A DNA stretch of 64,000 nt, from contig CAYTBT010000003.1 in assembly GCA_964436125.1 (NCBI GenBank), forward strand, positions 68,878-132,877, read 5' to 3'. Source of the DNA: an uncultured Saprospiraceae bacterium. Its GTDB lineage: Bacteria > Bacteroidota > Bacteroidia > Chitinophagales > Saprospiraceae. Both the position numbers and the translations under genes were made by a program. The notes under the pieces were generated by a model. The model was not told the origin of the DNA. It did not search any database and saw only the letters and a program-made list of their open reading frames with translations. The first letter of the stretch is position 1. Each line of letters opens with the position of its first letter. Shown here in pieces: positions 59,610-64,000 of the stretch.

Positions 59610-60843
59610 AGAATTAAGAGTAGCGGAACTATTTGCAGGAGTTGGAGGTTTTCGACTTGGTTTAGAAAAGCATAACTATAAAGTAATTTGGAGTAACCAA
59701 TGGGAGCCAGCCACGAAAAAGCAACACGCTTCAATGGTTTATGAAGCACGATTTGGCAAAGAAAATCATTCTAATGTAGACATTGCCAAAGTTCCAACGG
59801 GCGAAATACCAGATCACGATCTGCTTTGCGGAGGGTTTCCTTGCCAAGATTATTCTGTAGCCACGACATTACATAATTCTAAGGGCTTAGAAGGAAAAAA
59901 AGGCGTTTTATGGTGGTCTATACATAGGATTCTTAGTGAGAAAAAGAACAAACCAAAATATTTGTTCCTAGAAAATGTAGATCGTTTATTAAAATCACCT
60001 GCGAGCCAACGAGGTAGGGATTTTGCGATAATGCTAAAAAGTCTAAATCAATTAGGTTATGCGGTAGAATGGCGTGTTGTCAACGCAGCTGAATACGGAA
60101 TGCCGCAACGAAGAAGGCGTACTTTTATCCTTGGTTACCATAAATCAACGGAAATATATAAGCGAATACAAGAAACAAAAGCGTTAGATTGGCTTTTAAG
60201 AGAAGGAACAATAGCTAATGCTTTCCAAGTACATAATGAACCTGCTTTATTTTGTCCAAAATTTAAATTGAAAGGAGATTTGGTAGAAATCACCAATAAT
60301 TTCAATAAAAACGGAAAGAAATCCCCCTTTGAAAATACAGGCTTGATGATAAACGAGGTGGTTTCTTCATTAAAAACCACACCAAAATATGGCGGCTCAC
60401 AAACCGTTTTGAAAGATGTTTTACAAAATGGTGAGGTAACCAAAGAATTTTTTATTCCAGAAAGTGACAAAGAAAAATGGGAATATTTGAAAGGAGCAAA
60501 ATCTTTTGAACGTGTATCAAAAAACGGACACAAATACAAGTATTCGGAAGGTAGTATGACATATCCTGATGCATTAGATAGACCTTCTCGAACCATTATT
60601 ACGGGAGAAGGCGGTAAATCACCTTCCCGATTTAAACACGTTGTAAAAACAAATCGTGGTTTACGCCGATTAACGCCTGTGGAATTGGAGCGGTTAAATA
60701 TGTTTCCGGACGACCACACCAAATTAGAGGGAATCACAGATAACAAAAGAGCTTTCTTTATGGGGAATGCTTTAGTTGTTGGAGTAATTGAGAAACTAGG
60801 AAAAGAACTTTATAACCAAATTTTTAATTTTGAATATGCCTGA
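59599..60843 (+). CDS. DNA (cytosine-5)-methyltransferase, M.Sau3AI-like
   Basis: m5C motifs I (ELFAGVGGF), IV (GGFPCQDYS), VI (ENV), VIII (QRRRR) and X (GNAL). At 414 aa, the overall pattern (NQWEP, GKKGVLWW, ENVDRLLKSPASQRGRDFA, VEWRVVNAAEYG) matches my recollection of M.Sau3AI. Confidence 0.9.
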   Translation: MENKELRVAELFAGVGGFRLGLEKHNYKVIWSNQWEPATKKQHASMVYEARFGKENHSNVDIAKVPTGEIPDHDLLCGGFPCQDYSVATTLHNSKGLEGKKGVLWWSIHRILSEKKNKPKYLFLENVDRLLKSPASQRGRDFAIMLKSLNQLGYAVEWRVVNAAEYGMPQRRRRTFILGYHKSTEIYKRIQETKALDWLLREGTIANAFQVHNEPALFCPKFKLKGDLVEITNNFNKNGKKSPFENTGLMINEVVSSLKTTPKYGGSQTVLKDVLQNGEVTKEFFIPESDKEKWEYLKGAKSFERVSKNGHKYKYSEGSMTYPDALDRPSRTIITGEGGKSPSRFKHVVKTNRGLRRLTPVELERLNMFPDDHTKLEGITDNKRAFFMGNALVVGVIEKLGKELYNQIFNFEYA

Positions 60844-62224
60844 ATATGACATTAATTCAGCAGAATCGATAATTAATTTTGCTAAAAAACTAAAAAACAA
60901 AACCCTTCACGACGTTTGTGGAGCCAAAATCGAAGAACACGGCTATACGGGAAAAGGACATTTTGGGCAAATATTGGAAAAATTCTATTTTGGTTACGAG
61001 CCAAATTCTGATGCTCAAGCTGACTTCCCTGAAGCCGGTTTGGAACTTAAATCGAGTCCATTAAAGACCTTGAAAAATGGTGATTTCCGTTCTAAAGAAA
61101 GATTGGTTCTTAACATTATCAACTATTTAGAAGTACACAAAGAAAGTTTTGAGGATAGCTCTTTTTGGAAAAAGAATGCACATTTGTTACTTATTTTCTA
61201 CCTGTGGAAGAAAGAAATAAATGCTGTAGATTATCTCATAAAATTAGTGGACGATTGGAAGTACCCGAATGAAGATTTAAAAATCATCAAACACGATTGG
61301 GAAACGATTAATCAAAAGATAAAAGCAGGTAAAGCCCACGAAATATCAGAAGGAGATACTTTTTATCTTGGAGCTTGTACAAAAGGGTCAACAGCAGCGA
61401 AATCATTAAGAGAGCAACCTTTCAGCGACACTAAAGCAAAACAAAGAGCATATTCACTTAAACAAGGTTATGTTAACCATATTATTGCTCAAATAGCTAA
61501 AGGAGAAAGCGGAACTTATGGTAAAATAGTTGATAGACCTGAAATTCTAGACTCAGAAACTATTGAAGATATTATCTTATCTAAATTCAGACCTTTTTAC
61601 GGCAAGACAGCACAACAAATAGAGACAGATTTTAAACTTAATTTGAATCAAAAAGCTAAAAGTTATTTTGCCAATTTGACTAAATCAATTTTAGGAATAG
61701 GCTTAGATAAAAGAATTGAAGAATTTGAGAAAGCCGATATAATCGTCAAGACAATTCGATTAAAAGAAAATGATTTGCCAAAAGAGGATATTTCGTTCCC
61801 TACATTCAAATACAAGGACTTAATTGAAACAGATTGGGAAGAATCAGATTTTAAAAATATTTTAGAAAGTAAATTTTTCTTTGTTTTCTACCAGTTTGAG
61901 AATAAAAATCTTATTCTAAAAAAAGTACGTTTTTGGAATATGCCTCAATCAGATATTAAAATTGCTAAAAAAGTATGGGTAACAACAAAAAGGAATATTG
62001 AACAAGGTAGAATAGTTGAACGAGTTACAGAAAATGGCAGACGAATAACTCATTTTCCTAAGAAAACCGAAAATAAGGTCAGCCACGTTCGACCACACGC
62101 AAGAAATTCTAAAGACACTTACCCATTACCTATAAAGGATAAAACAACAGGAACAACTGAATATACAAAACACTGTTTTTGGTTGAATGCAAGTTACGTT
62201 AGGGATAAGATATACCAAAAATGA
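60830..62224 (+). CDS. Type II restriction endonuclease, Sau3AI/MutH-like
   Basis: 464 aa. The N-terminal motif GKGHFGQILEKFYFGYEPNSDAQADFPEAGLELKSSPLK parallels the MutH/Sau3AI catalytic region (KG..G..LE..LG.....DF...G.ELK..P). It overlaps the MTase stop by 14 nt. Confidence 0.75.
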   Translation: MNMPEYDINSAESIINFAKKLKNKTLHDVCGAKIEEHGYTGKGHFGQILEKFYFGYEPNSDAQADFPEAGLELKSSPLKTLKNGDFRSKERLVLNIINYLEVHKESFEDSSFWKKNAHLLLIFYLWKKEINAVDYLIKLVDDWKYPNEDLKIIKHDWETINQKIKAGKAHEISEGDTFYLGACTKGSTAAKSLREQPFSDTKAKQRAYSLKQGYVNHIIAQIAKGESGTYGKIVDRPEILDSETIEDIILSKFRPFYGKTAQQIETDFKLNLNQKAKSYFANLTKSILGIGLDKRIEEFEKADIIVKTIRLKENDLPKEDISFPTFKYKDLIETDWEESDFKNILESKFFFVFYQFENKNLILKKVRFWNMPQSDIKIAKKVWVTTKRNIEQGRIVERVTENGRRITHFPKKTENKVSHVRPHARNSKDTYPLPIKDKTTGTTEYTKHCFWLNASYVRDKIYQK

Positions 62225-63161
62225 AACTAAAGGAAACCGCAACGGCAACACAACAACTAGCGTTTCGTTGCGCCCGCAGGGTGAACAATGAAACGCCCTG
62301 TTGGACGGAACCTCTACAAGGTGACTCCTATGGAATTATCAATATGTACCTTTGGGGATTTAAGCGGAATAGATACCGCTTGTGAAGAGGAATAAGAGGA
62401 TAGACTGTCTTAAAACCGGATTTTTATCCTTATTTCATCTCCCGATAGCTATCAGGAAAGCATACCTCCCCTTACCCATTCTACGAGGTCTGCAGAACAG
62501 GGACAGCTGAACGAAGCGATAAATATGCCTGTGGTGGTCCTCTTACTCCAAAAGTGTGGATGAGTATTAAATTTCCGACTTTACAACACGGACATTTATG
62601 GAGACGAGTCTTTATCTCTTGGCTGGGTCTTTCTACACCGAGTAATTTTTGAAGTCTCTGGAGTTTCCCTCGCTTCCAACTACTACTCAATATGCCGTAA
62701 TGCCTTATACGGACGAATCGATATGGAAGGATATGTTGTGCAAAACGACGGACAAATTCTTCATTGCTTAGCTGCATTTCCTTTTTCCGTGACCCTTGCC
62801 GATAATCCTTATAGGTAAAAGTGACATGGTCAGCTGTCACATCCCTTATTCGGTGGTTACTGATGGCAACTTTGTGGCTATATCTGCCTAAGTATTCGAT
62901 TACTTGAGCCGGTCCTCCAAATGGTCGCTTGGCATATACTACCCATTCCTTCGTAAACAAGCTATCCAATAAAGCCTGATCTTGTATCTTGTGTTTCCGA
63001 AGCTCTGCGACATATTTTGCTCGGAATACTTTACTCATTGCTTTCACGGAAAATAAATACTTGCTACTTCTGACTTGCCTTTCCCATCTATTATGCTTGT
63101 TCATTCCTCCTCCCGGAACAATGCAATGTAAGTGGGGATGTAAACTCAAGTTCTGTCCCCA

Positions 63162-63210
63162 CCACGTTAGAAATAAACCAATGAAATAATCACATAGATT
63201 TCTAACGTGG
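63162..63210. mobile_element. 49-bp miniature (internally deleted) copy of the GIY-YIG element, flanked by CCCA
   Basis: The sequence is ccacgttagaaataaaccaatgaaataat-cacatag-atttctaacgtgg. Its first 29 nt and last 13 nt are identical to the ends of the 365-bp element, and the 13-bp TIRs are perfect. Confidence 0.8.
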
Positions 63211-63214
63211 CCCA

Positions 63215-63579
63215 CCACGTTAGAAATAAACCAATGAAATAATATCCCATCCCCTTAACAAGAAGTTAGTTTAACAATCGATTGAAAAGTAATACATTTA
63301 CTATATGAAGGATTTAAAACAATATTTCGTGTATGTACTGAATTCGCAGAAAGATGGTTCATGGTATATCGGATATACTCAAAATATTAAAGAGAGACTT
63401 AATCAACATAATCACGGAGAATCCTATTATACAAAACGTAAAAAACCTTGGGATTTATTATACTATGAAGTTTCTTTCAATAAATATGATGCCATTGCAA
63501 GAGAGAAATATCTAAAAAGTGGAATGGGACGAAGGTATTTAAAGAATCGTTTAAAGAATCAATTAAATTTCTAACGTGG
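63215..63579. mobile_element. 365-bp TIR-bounded element whose only gene encodes a GIY-YIG nuclease
   Basis: Perfect 13-bp terminal inverted repeats CCACGTTAGAAAT / ATTTCTAACGTGG. CCCA is present on both sides (63211-63214 and 63580-63583) and also at 63158-63161. Confidence 0.8.
63305..63574 (+). CDS. GIY-YIG nuclease family protein (URI-domain only, YhbQ-like size)
   Basis: 89 aa. YFVYVLNSQKDGSWYIGYTQNIKERLNQHN contains the GIY(x10)YIG pattern, with conserved R and N/E downstream. The stop codon lies inside the right TIR. Confidence 0.85.
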   Translation: MKDLKQYFVYVLNSQKDGSWYIGYTQNIKERLNQHNHGESYYTKRKKPWDLLYYEVSFNKYDAIAREKYLKSGMGRRYLKNRLKNQLNF

Positions 63580-64000
63580 CCCATGTATGCAATAAAGCTA
63601 CCATCCCCAGTTGTACTCCTTCGGTATGACCAAATTGATTCAGTGTTTGCCAGGCAGCTTGGAACAGGCTACTGTAGATTATCCTCGGCTGAAATAGCGC
63701 AAGTTGATTTAGTTCGCCGGGCAAAGTGAATACCAAGTGATAATACGTACACGGCAATAAATCCCTCGCACGCTTTTCTATCCATTCCACCCGTTTATGC
63801 CCTTGGCATTTTGGGCAATGTCTATTGCGACAGCTATTGTAACTTATTCGGATGTTCCCGCATGTATCACAGGCATCAATATGCCCTCCCAGTGCTTTTG
63901 TCCGGCAATGTTTTAAGGCACGTAGCGTTTTTTCTTGATGTATATTGAGATGCAATCCCGATATATCAACTTGCCGTAGTACATCACTTACTTCCCACTG

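Larger units (their letters stand above)
62481..64000 (-). pseudogene. IS91-family (Y2 HUH rolling-circle) transposase, disrupted by a 422-bp insertion and running off the window end
   Basis: The N-terminal fragment carries the zinc-binding domain CRTKALGGHIDACDTCGNIRISYNSCRNRHCPKCQ and stays open upstream to position 64000 (QWEVSDVLRQVDISG...). The C-terminal fragment carries HPHLHCIVPGGG and YLGRYSHKVAISNHRI. The reading frame ...LLHTW|GQNLSLHPHLH is restored if 63162-63583 is removed. Confidence 0.85.

Noticed and set aside
62225-62480. IS91 oriIS/terIS end with hairpins (gcgtttc...gaaacgc, aagcgg..ccgctt, cctgatagctatcgg)
   Set aside because: Hairpins are present, but I cannot recall a consensus well enough to assign the element end or its orientation. 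The boundary of the IS is therefore left uncalled.

Overview
AT-rich chromosomal segment from a Bacteroidota-type genome. The assignment rests on gldA/gldF/gldG gliding-motility ABC genes, a GLPGLI-family protein, TonB-dependent receptors, TAnnTTTG-type -7 promoter boxes and DUF3347/DUF4340-type genes. Positions 1-51 kb are mostly housekeeping: mutS, folD, truB, ftsX, an RND efflux operon, rimP-nusA-infB, gpmI, tRNA-Arg and initiator tRNA-Met. Positions 51-64 kb are accessory. They hold an IS200/RAYT-like HUH transposase embedded in REP-like hairpin doublets, hairpin-dense mosaic repeat fields, an orphan sulfotransferase and a copper-resistance cluster whose multicopper oxidase is fused to a CopB-like barrel. 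Beyond that lie a GC-rich structured non-coding island, a Sau3AI-like C-M-R restriction-modification operon, and an IS91-family transposase split by a small TIR-bounded element that carries only a GIY-YIG nuclease gene. The signals not explained by gene calls are these: (i) an 11-of-12-nt word, ATTTGCGNAAGC, present 13 times in coding and non-coding DNA; (ii) the GIY-YIG TIR element plus its 49-bp deletion derivative; (iii) a roughly 250-nt GC-rich multi-hairpin element; (iv) a 177-nt rod-like hairpin directly downstream of a promoter box; (v) mosaic oligo-repeat arrays that flank the gpmI-RAYT block. All family assignments come from motif recognition by eye and memory, and none has been checked against a database.
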